Sequence record: NC_054933.1
Reading direction: 5' to 3' (one strand)
DNA: 64,000 nt
Source of the DNA: Escherichia phage teqhad
A program made the translations under genes and the position numbers. Positions 17,291 to 27,709 of the stretch are shown here, piece after piece; positions within the stretch are counted from its first letter, which is position 1; each line of letters opens with the position of its first letter. The notes beneath the pieces were generated by a model that was given only the letters and a program-made list of their open reading frames with translations, did not search any database and was not told the DNA's origin.

Positions 17291-17569
17291 TCAAAATGTA
17301 ATTTCTAACCAATCACCATCACGCTGATCACTATTGACTTTAAAATTAAATCCTTCTTTTCTCAGCCAATCACCAATTTCTTCAGTAATCAATTTATCGC
17401 GAGCAGTACAATAATAACTAAAATATGTTTTACCTTGTTCAGCTGCTTTATTAGCAAGTTCCGAAAAATCTTTAATAAAACACTCTAGCTTAAACTGTTT
17501 ACTTTTAAGTGCTTTTTCACGTAATTGATTAGCAAAAGATTCATTTTCATAAAAATCATACTGTTCCAT
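17291..17569 (-). CDS. Hypothetical protein (T4 24.2 position)
   Basis: 92 aa ORF co-directional with rnlB, tightly packed. Confidence 0.7.
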   Translation of the reverse strand: MEQYDFYENESFANQLREKALKSKQFKLECFIKDFSELANKAAEQGKTYFSYYCTARDKLITEEIGDWLRKEGFNFKVNSDQRDGDWLEITF

Positions 17570-17771
17570 TTTTCACCTTTTTATTAATATGTCTTTTTCT
17601 ATAGACAACTTTTTCTCGAGTTTCAAATTTATTCTTAGCAGTCATAGCTCGAGCCCATAATACAGCCACTTCTTTTGCCTGTAAGTTCAATTCACGAGCA
17701 ATTTCAATGAATGACTTTCCAGACTCATGAAGAGTAAACACCACAACTTCAGTTCTCATAATCAATCTCAT
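17556..17771 (-). CDS. Hypothetical small protein with helix-turn-helix-like segment (T4 24.3 position)
   Basis: 71 aa; SGKSFIEIARELNLQAKEVA resembles an HTH; 14-nt overlap with the downstream ORF. Confidence 0.65.
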   Translation of the reverse strand: MRLIMRTEVVVFTLHESGKSFIEIARELNLQAKEVAVLWARAMTAKNKFETREKVVYRKRHINKKVKNGTV

Positions 17772-17840
17772 GTTATCGAGTTGGTGCCATTATATACATC
17801 ATTTTCTGAGTGTGTTTTGTGTGCTTTCAAAATGAAGAAA

Positions 17841-17854
17841 GGGGCCGAAGCCCC
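17841..17854 (-). terminator. Hairpin terminator after hoc (minus strand)
   Basis: ggggc-cgaa-gcccc; on the minus-strand RNA it is followed by a U-rich tract. Confidence 0.5.
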
Positions 17855-17860
17855 TTATGA

Positions 17861-18991
17861 TTATGGATAGGTATAGATGATACCAGTTTCTAAAGCAGTT
17901 TTATGAATGATGTATCCATTACGTGATTCTTGAACATCAACTTCTGGATAGTCTTTCATCATCTTCTGAAGAGTGTAACGATGCAGGTAGTATTTACTAT
18001 CTGGATCTTCAGTTTTCCAATCTTTACCTTCTTCGGTCATTTTTTGGATTTCATCCATAACCCACCAACCGCACCAGATATAAGCCGAAGTACGATGTGG
18101 AAGAGGATGAACATAAGGCAATTCACCTTCTGGTTCTGGAGCAACTTTATCAGTCACTTGAACTTGACCTTCTGCTGTGATAGTTTTGCTATCATAATCA
18201 GTGGCAGTAACAGTTGCAGTAACTTCAATAGTTTGACTTCCAATAGATGATGTATCAACGGTGTATACATTAGTTGACCCTTCTACAGGAGAAGAATCTT
18301 TCTTCCATGAGTATTCGATTTGTGCTTCTTCTGGAGCATCAGTGACATTAGCAGTAAATGTAGCCGAAGCATCTTGCTGAACGTTAATAGAAGCAGGAGT
18401 CAATGTAACCTGCGGATTCATTGTTTTCTTATTAACTGTCAATGATACTTCATTAGAAGTAACTTCCTTTTCATTATAATTTTCAGCCGTTACTTGGGCT
18501 ACACACTTGATTTTTTTAACTCCGCTTGTGTCAGGAGTGTAATTGAATGTAGCGTCAGTTGCTTCGTCTACAGGAGAACCGTCAACGTACCATTGATACG
18601 TAGCGTTTGCACCTGATGGCTGTGAAGCTAAGGCAGCGGTAAATTCAATTGGAGTTCCAATCACTCCAGCATCAGGGCTACCAGGAGTTACAGCTAAAGT
18701 AGTTGTTTGTGTCTTATTTTGAACTGTGATAGTTGTACTAATTTCAGCTGTTTCAGGTTCAGATTCTGCAACTTGATTGGTTGCAACTACTTTAATAGTC
18801 TTTTGACCGGCAGGTCCTTTTAGTACATAACTAAAAGTTGCTGACGTTTCTTCCTGTGGAGCGTCGTCTACAGTCCAAGCATATGTAATAGGTCCATCTC
18901 CAGTTTGACCACTGGGTGTAGCAGTAAACTGCTGAGTCTGATCTATAACTCCAGTAGGTGTTTTAGGAGTTATATCAACTGTAAAAGTCAT
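17861..18991 (-). CDS. hoc: Highly immunogenic outer capsid protein Hoc (Ig-like domains)
   Basis: 376 aa; repeated Ig-like T/V-rich beta modules; T4 Hoc size and position. Confidence 0.9.
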   Translation of the reverse strand: MTFTVDITPKTPTGVIDQTQQFTATPSGQTGDGPITYAWTVDDAPQEETSATFSYVLKGPAGQKTIKVVATNQVAESEPETAEISTTITVQNKTQTTTLAVTPGSPDAGVIGTPIEFTAALASQPSGANATYQWYVDGSPVDEATDATFNYTPDTSGVKKIKCVAQVTAENYNEKEVTSNEVSLTVNKKTMNPQVTLTPASINVQQDASATFTANVTDAPEEAQIEYSWKKDSSPVEGSTNVYTVDTSSIGSQTIEVTATVTATDYDSKTITAEGQVQVTDKVAPEPEGELPYVHPLPHRTSAYIWCGWWVMDEIQKMTEEGKDWKTEDPDSKYYLHRYTLQKMMKDYPEVDVQESRNGYIIHKTALETGIIYTYP

Positions 18992-19000
18992 AAGTTATCC

Positions 19001-19681
19001 TTATTTTAATGTTACGAAAGAAGAATTGCGTGTTTCACGAATTAAAACTGATCCGTCACGGTTAATGTAATAAATTAAGCTAAATAATGTTTGGTGTGCA
19101 GAAGCATGCTCAAAACTAGTTGGGTGAGATTTCCAATCCGGAGTTTCAGCGATCCATTGATAAATCCACCAAGGAACAGTACAGAATCCTGGATTTTTTC
19201 CAATCAGCTGAAGATTCGGGCTAAAGTTTTCCGGAAGAGTAAATACAGACGGCTTTTCAGATTCAATAATCTCAGCTACAGCCTGTTCAAACTTTTCTTC
19301 AACAAAGGGAGTATCTTCAATCAAAACGTCGGTATTTTCAGGAATTTTATCCGTTTCTACTACTTCAATTTTAATGTCAGATTTAACTGGAGAATCAATC
19401 AGAAGTGCTGCTTCTGGATTGACTTCTTCATCGTCATATTTTAATCCCTCTGCAGCATCAGCAGCATCAATTAAGTCTTTAATAGATAACCCATCAGTCT
19501 CTGGCATAGGTTCACTAGCGAGCTTCTGGAGAGCTTCTTCAATATCAACAACGATATTATCAAAAGATTTATTCTTTTTGACCTTTATACCAAACTGTTC
19601 AGCATATTCAGCTAATTTAGCTTTAGCTTCTTTATTATCATCAAGAGCCTTCAGCTCTGCAATATAATCTTTATCTATCAT
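19001..19681 (-). CDS. inh: Inh (inhibitor of prohead protease, hoc.1)
   Basis: 226 aa acidic ORF between hoc and uvsW, as in T4. Confidence 0.8.
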   Translation of the reverse strand: MIDKDYIAELKALDDNKEAKAKLAEYAEQFGIKVKKNKSFDNIVVDIEEALQKLASEPMPETDGLSIKDLIDAADAAEGLKYDDEEVNPEAALLIDSPVKSDIKIEVVETDKIPENTDVLIEDTPFVEEKFEQAVAEIIESEKPSVFTLPENFSPNLQLIGKNPGFCTVPWWIYQWIAETPDWKSHPTSFEHASAHQTLFSLIYYINRDGSVLIRETRNSSFVTLK

Positions 19682-19694
19682 AATATTTCCTCAG

Positions 19695-19702
19695 TATAAA
19701 TA
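19695..19702 (+). promoter_or_regulatory. Late promoter TATAAATA upstream of uvsW
   Basis: Exact TATAAATA 30 nt upstream of the uvsW ATG. Confidence 0.5.
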
Positions 19703-19731
19703 TAGATATATTTATTACATGGTATTTAGAC

Positions 19732-21243
19732 ATGACTGACATTAAAGTACATTTTTATGATTTTAGTCACGTGAGAATTGATTGTGAAGAAAGTACATTT
19801 CATGAACTCCGTGATTTCTTTAGCTTTGAAGCTGATGGGTATCGTTTTAATCCGAAATACAAATATGGCCACTGGGATGGACGAATCCGTCTTTTAGATT
19901 ATAATCGTCTTCTTCCATTCGGCTTAGTCGGGCAAATTAAAAAGTTCTGTGATAACTTTGGCTATAAAGCCTGGATTGACCCACAAATTAACGAAAAAGA
20001 AGAATTATCAAGAAAAGATTTTGATGAATGGCTTTCTAAATTAGAAATCTATTCAGGAAATAAAAGAATTGAACCACACTGGTATCAAAAAGATGCAGTG
20101 TTCGAAGGATTAGTTAATCGTCGTAGAATTCTTAATCTTCCAACATCCGCTGGTAAATCGTTAATTCAAGCTTTGCTTGCGCGATATTATTTGGAAAATT
20201 ATGAAGGTAAAATTCTTATCATTGTTCCAACAACTGCTCTGACAACTCAGATGGCTGATGACTTTGTTGATTATCGTTTATTCAGTCATGCAATGATAAA
20301 GAAAATTGGTGGAGGAGCATCAAAAGATGATAAATATAAAAATGATGCACCAGTCGTTGTTGGTACATGGCAAACTGTAGTAAAACAACCGAAAGAATGG
20401 TTCTCACAGTTTGGAATGATGATGAATGATGAATGCCATCTTGCTACAGGAAAAAGTATTTCATCTATCATATCAGGTTTAAATAACTGCATGTTCAAAT
20501 TCGGTTTGTCTGGTTCATTACGTGACGGCAAAGCTAATATCATGCAGTATGTTGGAATGTTCGGTGAAATATTTAAGCCAGTAACGACTTCTAAATTAAT
20601 GGAAGATGGACAAGTAACTGAGCTAAAAATTAATAGTATTTTTCTTCGCTATCCAGATGAGTTCACTACTAAATTAAAGGGAAAAACTTACCAAGAAGAA
20701 ATAAAAATTATTACTGGGCTCAGTAAAAGAAATAAATGGATCGCTAAATTAGCTATTAAGCTTGCGCAAAAAGATGAAAACGCTTTTGTCATGTTTAAAC
20801 ATGTATCGCATGGTAAAGCTATTTTCGATTTAATTAAAAATGAATACGATAAAGTTTATTACGTATCAGGGGAAGTTGATACCGAAACCCGCAATATAAT
20901 GAAAACCTTAGCTGAAAATGGTAAAGGAATAATTATAGTAGCTAGTTATGGTGTATTTTCTACTGGTATTTCAGTTAAAAATCTGCATCACGTTGTTTTA
21001 GCGCACGGTGTTAAATCAAAAATCATTGTATTACAAACAATCGGTCGTGTATTACGTAAGCATGGTTCTAAAACAATCGCAACCGTCTGGGACCTCATAG
21101 ATGATTGTGGTGTTAAGCCAAAATCTGCTAATACGAAAAAGAAATATGTTCATTTGAACTATCTTTTAAAACACGGCATTGATCGTATTCAGCGCTACGC
21201 AGATGAAAAATTTAATTACGTAATGAAAACAGTTAATTTATAA
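19732..21243 (+). CDS. uvsW: UvsW DNA/RNA helicase (SF2)
   Basis: 503 aa; Walker A (PTSAGKS) and DECH box (NDECHLATG). Confidence 0.95.
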   Translation: MTDIKVHFYDFSHVRIDCEESTFHELRDFFSFEADGYRFNPKYKYGHWDGRIRLLDYNRLLPFGLVGQIKKFCDNFGYKAWIDPQINEKEELSRKDFDEWLSKLEIYSGNKRIEPHWYQKDAVFEGLVNRRRILNLPTSAGKSLIQALLARYYLENYEGKILIIVPTTALTTQMADDFVDYRLFSHAMIKKIGGGASKDDKYKNDAPVVVGTWQTVVKQPKEWFSQFGMMMNDECHLATGKSISSIISGLNNCMFKFGLSGSLRDGKANIMQYVGMFGEIFKPVTTSKLMEDGQVTELKINSIFLRYPDEFTTKLKGKTYQEEIKIITGLSKRNKWIAKLAIKLAQKDENAFVMFKHVSHGKAIFDLIKNEYDKVYYVSGEVDTETRNIMKTLAENGKGIIIVASYGVFSTGISVKNLHHVVLAHGVKSKIIVLQTIGRVLRKHGSKTIATVWDLIDDCGVKPKSANTKKKYVHLNYLLKHGIDRIQRYADEKFNYVMKTVNL

Positions 21244-21256
21244 GGGCTTCGGCCCT

Positions 21257-21499
21257 TTGGAGAAAAAGATGTTACTAGAATTTAAACAATTTCTTTATGA
21301 AGCTTCTATTGATGAATTTATGGGTAAAATTGCCTCTTGTCAAACATTAGAAGGTTTAGAAGAACTTGAAGCTTATTATAAGAAAAGAGTCAAAGAAACT
21401 GAATTAAAAGATACTGATGACATCTCTGTGAGAGATGCTTTGGCAGGAAAAAGAGCTGAATTAGAAGATTCAGATGATGAAGTAGAAGAAAGCTTTTAA
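21257..21499 (+). CDS. uvsW.1: UvsW.1 small acidic protein
   Basis: 80 aa ORF directly downstream of uvsW. Confidence 0.7.
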   Translation: MEKKMLLEFKQFLYEASIDEFMGKIASCQTLEGLEELEAYYKKRVKETELKDTDDISVRDALAGKRAELEDSDDEVEESF

Positions 21500-21554
21500 A
21501 TTAAAAAAGGCCCAACCAAAAAGGAAGGGCCAAAACTATAGACTAAAGGTCACA

Positions 21555-21722
21555 CTATAGCAAAAGTTGTGTTTCATTTAATTGTTCTTCCGAACTTTCT
21601 GAAACTGGTAGTTCTTTAATGTAATTATAGCAAGGCCCGGGATGTACAGGACCTTTGTCTGTTTCAACAACCAATGCAGAATCGATTGGAGTTTTACAGA
21701 CAACACAAATCTTATCTGACAT
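21555..21722 (-). CDS. Small Cys-containing protein (T4 uvsY.-2 position)
   Basis: Not in ORF track (55 aa, below cutoff). Hand-translated: MSDKICVVCKTPIDSALVVETDKGPVHPGPCYNYIKELPVSESSEEQLNETQLLL; CxxC...C pattern; minus-strand late promoter just upstream. Confidence 0.6.
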   Translation of the reverse strand: MSDKICVVCKTPIDSALVVETDKGPVHPGPCYNYIKELPVSESSEEQLNETQLLL

Positions 21723-21747
21723 GATTGTCTCCTCTGAATTATATATC

Positions 21748-21755
21748 TATTTATA
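21748..21755 (-). promoter_or_regulatory. Late promoter (TATAAATA on minus strand) upstream of the uvsY.-2-like ORF
   Basis: Plus-strand TATTTATA, i.e. TATAAATA on the minus strand, 26 nt upstream of the ATG at 21722. Confidence 0.45.
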
Positions 21756-21975
21756 CAACTCTCATATGCATATCAATGCCCATATCTTTAGAATAAAAAT
21801 ATTCATCAAGATATCCGGCAAATTTTCCTTTAATATAAAGGACATCTTCACCACACGGGTGGTCGGCCAGGATACGAATATCCTGGCGCTTAAGATTATG
21901 CTTTTTCATTAAGAATTGAATTTCCGTTTCAAATTCTTCTTCATAATTAAAAGCATCATCAATGCTATATCTCAT
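21751..21975 (-). CDS. Hypothetical protein (T4 uvsY.-1 position)
   Basis: 74 aa; ATGA-coupled to uvsY. Confidence 0.7.
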   Translation of the reverse strand: MRYSIDDAFNYEEEFETEIQFLMKKHNLKRQDIRILADHPCGEDVLYIKGKFAGYLDEYFYSKDMGIDMHMRVV

Positions 21976-22388
21976 TATTTTCCAGCCTCAAATGCTCGCA
22001 TGTCTTGAATATGCTTAATAGCAAATCCACGCGATTTAATAGCATCAAGAGCTCCGCTACAAAAATCCAATAAAATTCCCCAATACTGTAACGAGGTATC
22101 AACCTTTAAAACATCCTTATCCGCTGATAGAACTGTCTTCATTTCTGATTTCTCGTAACGATCCATACTAAATTCATCACCATCTCCTCGTCCCGAGTAG
22201 TAGTCTAATTTAGCTTTAAGAGCAACTTTTTTCTGTGCATCAATTCTAAGCATTTCCTTTTTAATACTTGAATGCTTATTAAGCCATTTACTATATAACA
22301 TCACATTATTAGCTGCTTCATACTGTAATTTAGTCGAATCTATAAACACATCTTTCTTCAATTCTTCTTGAAGATCTTCTAATCTCAT
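21975..22388 (-). CDS. uvsY: UvsY recombination mediator protein
   Basis: 137 aa, T4 UvsY length and position. Confidence 0.9.
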   Translation of the reverse strand: MRLEDLQEELKKDVFIDSTKLQYEAANNVMLYSKWLNKHSSIKKEMLRIDAQKKVALKAKLDYYSGRGDGDEFSMDRYEKSEMKTVLSADKDVLKVDTSLQYWGILLDFCSGALDAIKSRGFAIKHIQDMRAFEAGK

Positions 22389-22454
22389 ATTGTTCTCTAT
22401 TCAATTGTTATTGGATGGACTTAGATTCATTATACCACGTTTATACGTGAAGCA

Positions 22455-22853
22455 TTATACTCTATTACTGGAAGCCAGTTGTAGTTTTATCTGCTCAATG
22501 TCATCAGGGTTATCAATGACCGAAAAGCGTATTTCTACTATCAGAGTATAATCATCATAAACTGGTATAACATTAACTGCTAATTTATCAATACGTGGCT
22601 CATAGTTTCTTACTGCGCTTTCGATATTGCGCTCAACTGTGTCAGCAGTAAGAGGAGTCATATTTTCAAAAAGCTGGTCTGATAAATCACATCCAAATTC
22701 AGGGTCAAACGGTCTTGAACCTTTTCTTGTTGTAATAATTCCCAAAAGACTGTTTTTAATTGACCTTAATCCAAGTGATCTGGAAACGTCTTTGTTCCAA
22801 TCCATTTTCATCTCTGGGTCAATATCAGAATAAAGCTTATTAATATTTGCCAT
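22455..22853 (-). CDS. 25: Baseplate wedge protein gp25 (lysozyme-like fold)
   Basis: 132 aa; T4 gp25 size; ATGA-coupled to gene 26. Confidence 0.9.
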   Translation of the reverse strand: MANINKLYSDIDPEMKMDWNKDVSRSLGLRSIKNSLLGIITTRKGSRPFDPEFGCDLSDQLFENMTPLTADTVERNIESAVRNYEPRIDKLAVNVIPVYDDYTLIVEIRFSVIDNPDDIEQIKLQLASSNRV

Positions 22854-23479
22854 TACAATAGCTCAAAGAATTCTTTGAGTCCTCTTATTACATGAGCGTG
22901 AGTTTTTCCACACTCTGGACACTTAATTGGAACAGCCAAATAAACAGTAGGCTTTAAAAGCATATCTTTTATAGCTACAATATCTGACTCTGTGATGATA
23001 GAATATAAATCTTCCAGTTCTTTTTCATTTAAGTCTTCAACTGGAATGCTTTCCCCGTTAGCATGAATCGTTTCTATACATGATACTATCATGTGGGCTA
23101 TATTTTTATCATCAAAAATTTTAGGGTAATGGAATTTAATTTTAATGTCACCCAGTGTATACCAGAGGTCTTCTGGTGCATCTATTTGTGTATGTAATAG
23201 ATTTATATGGGTTGGTATTTCAGTTCCACAGGTGCACTTCCAGGAATTTTCGTGATTAACTTCACCAAGAGAATGTGCCCATAAATGAATCAACAATAGT
23301 TCTGATTCTTGGCGGTTTAAATCTTTTGCATTTGTGCAGTCTTTGATTAGCTTTTTAACAATTACTTCTACGGAACCATTATTTTTGGCAGTAATAAGTT
23401 CTAGATATTCTTTAAGCGTGAATGCGCGACAATTGATTATTTTAGAACCAACTCTCACATCAAATTTATATTCATACAT
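22853..23479 (-). CDS. 26: Baseplate hub protein gp26
   Basis: 208 aa; divergent from gene 51 as in T4. Confidence 0.85.
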   Translation of the reverse strand: MYEYKFDVRVGSKIINCRAFTLKEYLELITAKNNGSVEVIVKKLIKDCTNAKDLNRQESELLLIHLWAHSLGEVNHENSWKCTCGTEIPTHINLLHTQIDAPEDLWYTLGDIKIKFHYPKIFDDKNIAHMIVSCIETIHANGESIPVEDLNEKELEDLYSIITESDIVAIKDMLLKPTVYLAVPIKCPECGKTHAHVIRGLKEFFELL

Positions 23480-23500
23480 ATTTAGCTCCTTTATTTATCA

Positions 23501-23508
23501 TATTTATA
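23501..23508 (-). promoter_or_regulatory. Late promoter for gene 26 (minus strand), half of the palindrome TATTTATAAATA
   Basis: Plus-strand TATTTATA is TATAAATA on the minus strand; AAGGAG ribosome-binding site 7 nt before the gene 26 ATG. Confidence 0.55.
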
Positions 23509-23512
23509 AATA
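23505..23512 (+). promoter_or_regulatory. Late promoter for gene 51 (plus strand), other half of the same palindrome
   Basis: Exact TATAAATA 18 nt upstream of the gene 51 ATG; AAGGAG ribosome-binding site. Confidence 0.55.
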
Positions 23513-23529
23513 GAATAAAAGGAGCATCT

Positions 23530-24279
23530 ATGGCAAACATTATTCGTTGTAAATTACCAGATGGTGTTCATCGTTTTAAACCATTTACGGTAGAAGATTA
23601 TCGAGATTTTTTGTTAGTTCGAAACGATATAGAACATCGGTCACCACAAGAACAAAAAGAAATAATTACTGATTTAATTGATGATTATTTTGGAGACTAT
23701 CCGAAGACTTGGCAACCATTTATATTTTTGCAGGTATTTGTAGGTTCAATAGGTAAAACTAAAGTACCCGTCACATTTGTATGTCCAAAATGTAAAAAAG
23801 AAAAGACAGTTCCATTTGAAATATATCAAAAAGAATTAAAGGAACCTGTTTTTGATGTAGCTAATGTTAAAATTAAATTAAAGTTTCCTTCTGAGTTTTA
23901 TGAAAATAAAGCAAAGATGATTACTGAAAATATTCATTCTGTTCAAGTAGATGAAATATGGTATGATTGGAAGGAAATTAGTGAATCAAGCCAAATAGAA
24001 CTTGTTGATGCCATCGAGATAGAAACATTAGAAAAAATTCTCGATGCAATGAATCCTATTAATTTAACTCTACATATGTCATGCTGTAATAAGTACATTA
24101 AAAAATACACTGATATAGTAGACGTGTTTAAGCTATTAGTTAACCCAGATGAGATATTTACTTTTTATCAAATTAATCACACACTCGTAAAAAGTAATTA
24201 TAGCTTAAATTCAATAATGAAAATGATTCCTGCCGAGCGCGGATTCGTATTAAAACTGATTGAGAAGGATAAACAATAA
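23530..24279 (+). CDS. 51: Baseplate hub assembly catalyst gp51
   Basis: 249 aa; T4 gp51 size and position. Confidence 0.85.
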   Translation: MANIIRCKLPDGVHRFKPFTVEDYRDFLLVRNDIEHRSPQEQKEIITDLIDDYFGDYPKTWQPFIFLQVFVGSIGKTKVPVTFVCPKCKKEKTVPFEIYQKELKEPVFDVANVKIKLKFPSEFYENKAKMITENIHSVQVDEIWYDWKEISESSQIELVDAIEIETLEKILDAMNPINLTLHMSCCNKYIKKYTDIVDVFKLLVNPDEIFTFYQINHTLVKSNYSLNSIMKMIPAERGFVLKLIEKDKQ

Positions 24280-25454
24280 TGAGTATGTTGCAACGCCCCG
24301 GATATCCAAATCTCAGCGTTAAATTATTTGATAGCTACGACGCTTGGAGTAATAATAGATTTGTTGAATTAGCTGCTACTATTACCACATTAACTATGCG
24401 GGATTCTCTTTATGGACGAAATGAAGGAATGCTGCAGTTTTATGATTCTAAAAATATCCACACAAAAATGGATGGAAATGAAATAATTCAAATTTCTGTA
24501 GCTAATGCAAACGATATTAATAATGTTAAAACACGAATTTATGGATGCAAGCATTTTTCCGTGTCAGTAGATTCAAAAGGTGATAACATCATTGCTATTG
24601 AATTGGGAACTATTCATTCTATAGAAAATCTTAAATTTGGTAGACCATTTTTCCCTGATGCAGGTGAATCTATAAAAGAAATGCTTGGTGTCATTTATCA
24701 AGACCGCACATTATTAACTCCAGCAATAAATGCTATAAATGCTTATGTTCCTGATATTCCATGGACTAGCACATTTGAAAACTATTTGTCATATGTAAGA
24801 GAAGTTGCTCTAGCTGTAGGAAGCGACAAATTTGTATTTGTATGGCAAGACATCATGGGAGTTAACATGATGGACTATGATATGATGATAAATCAAGAAC
24901 CATATCCAATGATTGTCGGTGAGCCATCTTTAATAGGTCAATTTGTCCAAGAATTAAAATACCCATTAGCATATGATTTTGTTTGGTTGACTAAATCGAA
25001 TCCTCACAAACGTGACCCAATGAAAAATGCTACTATCTATGCTCATTCATTTTTAGATTCTTCACTGCCAATGATTACTACAGGAAAGGGCGAAAACTCT
25101 ATTGTGGTGTCAAGGTCAGGTGCTTATTCTGAAATGACTTATAGGAATGGATATGAAGAAGCTATTCGTCTTCAAACTATGGCACAATATGACGGCTATG
25201 CTAAATGTTCTACTGTCGGTAATTTTAACTTGACTCCTGGTGTTAAAATTATTTTTAATGATAGTAAAAACCAATTTAAAACAGAATTTTACGTTGATGA
25301 AGTTATCCATGAATTATCAAATAATAATTCAGTAACTCATCTATATATGTTCACTAATGCAACGAAACTGGAAACAATAGACCCAGTTAAGGTTAAAAAT
25401 GAATTTAAATCTGATACTACCACTGAAGAAAGTAGTTCTTCCAATAAGCAATAA
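24279..25454 (+). CDS. 27: Baseplate hub protein gp27
   Basis: 391 aa; T4 gp27 size. Confidence 0.9.
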   Translation: MSMLQRPGYPNLSVKLFDSYDAWSNNRFVELAATITTLTMRDSLYGRNEGMLQFYDSKNIHTKMDGNEIIQISVANANDINNVKTRIYGCKHFSVSVDSKGDNIIAIELGTIHSIENLKFGRPFFPDAGESIKEMLGVIYQDRTLLTPAINAINAYVPDIPWTSTFENYLSYVREVALAVGSDKFVFVWQDIMGVNMMDYDMMINQEPYPMIVGEPSLIGQFVQELKYPLAYDFVWLTKSNPHKRDPMKNATIYAHSFLDSSLPMITTGKGENSIVVSRSGAYSEMTYRNGYEEAIRLQTMAQYDGYAKCSTVGNFNLTPGVKIIFNDSKNQFKTEFYVDEVIHELSNNNSVTHLYMFTNATKLETIDPVKVKNEFKSDTTTEESSSSNKQ

Positions 25455-25932
25455 AGAAGTTTCTATTCCTAAAATGGGTCTTAAACATTATAACATTTTA
25501 AAGGATGTTAAAGGTCCTGATGAAAATTTAAAACTTCTTATTGATTCTATTTGTCCGAATTTATCACCGGCAGAAGTTGATTTCGTTTCTATTCATTTAT
25601 TGGAATTTAATGGAAAGATTAAATCTCGTAAAGAAATAGATGGCTATACTTATGACATTAATGATGTCTATGTATGCCAAAGATTAGAATTTCAATACCA
25701 AGGAAATACATTTTATTTTAGACCTCCTGGAAAATTTGAACAATTTTTAACGGTGAGCGATATGTTATCCAAATGCTTGCTTAAGGTCAATGATGAAGTT
25801 AAAGAAATTAATTTTCTTGAGATGCCAGCATTCGTTTTAAAATGGGCAAATGATATTTTTACAACTTTAGCAATTCCTGGCCCTAATGGTCCAATAACCG
25901 GAATTGGCAATATTATTGGATTATTTGAATGA
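25399..25932 (+). CDS. 28: Baseplate distal hub protein gp28
   Basis: 177 aa; overlaps the gene 27 3' end by 56 nt in another frame; T4 gp28 size. Confidence 0.8.
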   Translation: MNLNLILPLKKVVLPISNKEVSIPKMGLKHYNILKDVKGPDENLKLLIDSICPNLSPAEVDFVSIHLLEFNGKIKSRKEIDGYTYDINDVYVCQRLEFQYQGNTFYFRPPGKFEQFLTVSDMLSKCLLKVNDEVKEINFLEMPAFVLKWANDIFTTLAIPGPNGPITGIGNIIGLFE

Positions 25933-27701
25933 AAAAGCCACAAGAAATGCAAACGATGCGTAGAAAAGTTATTTCAGATAATAAACCAACACAGGAAGCG
26001 GCTAAATCCGCTTCCAACACTTTATCTGGACTTAACGATATATCTACGAAATTGGATGATGCTCAAGCTGCCTCTGAATTAATAGCTCAAACTGTCGAAG
26101 AAAAATCGAATGAAATAGTTGGAGCAATTGACAACGTTGAAAGCGCAGTGAGTGATACTACCGCAGGTTCTGAGTTAATTGCCGAGACTGTTGAAATTGG
26201 CAATAATATCAATAAAGAAATCGGTGAATCACTCGGGAGCAAATTAGATAAATTAACAAGTTTACTAGAGCAAAAAATCCAGACAGCTGGAATTCAACAG
26301 ACTGGGACTAGTTTAGCTACAGTTGAAAGCGCTATTCCTGTTAAAGTCGTTGAAGATGATACTGCTGAATCTGTGGGTCCTTTATTACCGGCTCCCGAAG
26401 CAGTTAATAATGATCCTGATGCTGATTTTTTCCCGACCCCTCAGCCAGTTGAGCCAAAGCAAGAATCACCAGAAGAAAAACAGAAAAAAGAAGCATTTAA
26501 CTTAAAATTATCTCAAGCTTTAGATAAATTAACAAAGACAGTTGATTTTGGATTTAAGAAATCTATTTCAATTACTGATAAAATATCAAGCATGCTATTT
26601 AAGTACACCGTCAGTGCTGCTATTGAAGCTGCTAAAATGACTGCAATGATATTGGCTGTTGTTGTTGGAATAGACCTGTTGATGGTTCATTTTAAATACT
26701 GGTCAGATAAATTTTCAAAAGCCTGGGATTTATTTAATACTGACTTTACTAAATTCTCTAGCGAAACCGGAACATGGGGTCCTTTATTACAGAGCATCTT
26801 TGATTCTATTGATAAAATTAAACAACTTTGGGAAGCGGGAGATTGGAGTGGATTAACAGTAGCTATTGTTGAAGGGCTTGGAAAGGTTCTTTTTAATTTA
26901 GGAGAGCTTATTCAATTAGGTATGGCTAAATTATCTGCGGCAATTCTTCGAGTTATTCCTGGTATGAAAGATACCGCTGATGAAGTAGAAGGAAGAGCGC
27001 TGGAAAATTTCCAAAATTCTACTGGAGCATCTCTCAATAAAGAAGACCAGGAAAAAGTTGCAAATTATCAAGATAAACGAATGAACGGAGACCTTGGTCC
27101 GATAGCAAAAGGATTAGATAAAATTGCTAATTGGAAAACTCGTGCATCTAATTGGATTCGTGGGGTTGATAATAAAGAAGCACTAACTACCGACGAAGAA
27201 CGTGCAGCAGAAGAAGAAAAATTAAAGCAACTTTCACCTGAAGAAAGAAAAAATGCTTTAATGAAGGCTAATGAAGCCCGTGCCGCAATGATTCGCTTTG
27301 AAAAATATGCTGATTCAGCTGATATGAGTAAAGACTCAACGGTTAAATCTGTTGAATCTGCCTATGAAGACCTTAAAAAACGGATGGATGACCCGGATTT
27401 AAATAATTCACCGGCAGTTAAAAAAGAACTTGCTGCTAGATTTTCTAAAATTGATGCTACTTATCAAGAGCTCAAGAAAAATCAGCCTAATGCCAAACCT
27501 GAAACTTCTGCTAAATCGCCAGAAGCAAAACAAGTCCAGGTAATAGAAAAGAACAAAGCACAGCAAGCTCCTGTTCAACAAGCATCTCCTTCAATCAACA
27601 ATACTAATAATGTTATTAAGAAAAATACTGTCGTTCATAATATGACACCTGTCACAAGCACGACTGCTCCTGGTGTATTTGATGCGACTGGAGTTAATTA
27701 A
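25929..27701 (+). CDS. 29: Tail length tape-measure / baseplate hub protein gp29
   Basis: 590 aa; T4 gp29 size. Confidence 0.9.
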   Translation: MKKPQEMQTMRRKVISDNKPTQEAAKSASNTLSGLNDISTKLDDAQAASELIAQTVEEKSNEIVGAIDNVESAVSDTTAGSELIAETVEIGNNINKEIGESLGSKLDKLTSLLEQKIQTAGIQQTGTSLATVESAIPVKVVEDDTAESVGPLLPAPEAVNNDPDADFFPTPQPVEPKQESPEEKQKKEAFNLKLSQALDKLTKTVDFGFKKSISITDKISSMLFKYTVSAAIEAAKMTAMILAVVVGIDLLMVHFKYWSDKFSKAWDLFNTDFTKFSSETGTWGPLLQSIFDSIDKIKQLWEAGDWSGLTVAIVEGLGKVLFNLGELIQLGMAKLSAAILRVIPGMKDTADEVEGRALENFQNSTGASLNKEDQEKVANYQDKRMNGDLGPIAKGLDKIANWKTRASNWIRGVDNKEALTTDEERAAEEEKLKQLSPEERKNALMKANEARAAMIRFEKYADSADMSKDSTVKSVESAYEDLKKRMDDPDLNNSPAVKKELAARFSKIDATYQELKKNQPNAKPETSAKSPEAKQVQVIEKNKAQQAPVQQASPSINNTNNVIKKNTVVHNMTPVTSTTAPGVFDATGVN

Positions 27702-27709
27702 GGAATAAT

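Noticed and set aside
21500-21555. Candidate hairpin ggccc...gggcc between uvsW.1 and the uvsY.-2-like ORF
   Set aside because: Only a 5-bp stem with a 13-nt loop and no adjacent T-run; too weak to call as a terminator.
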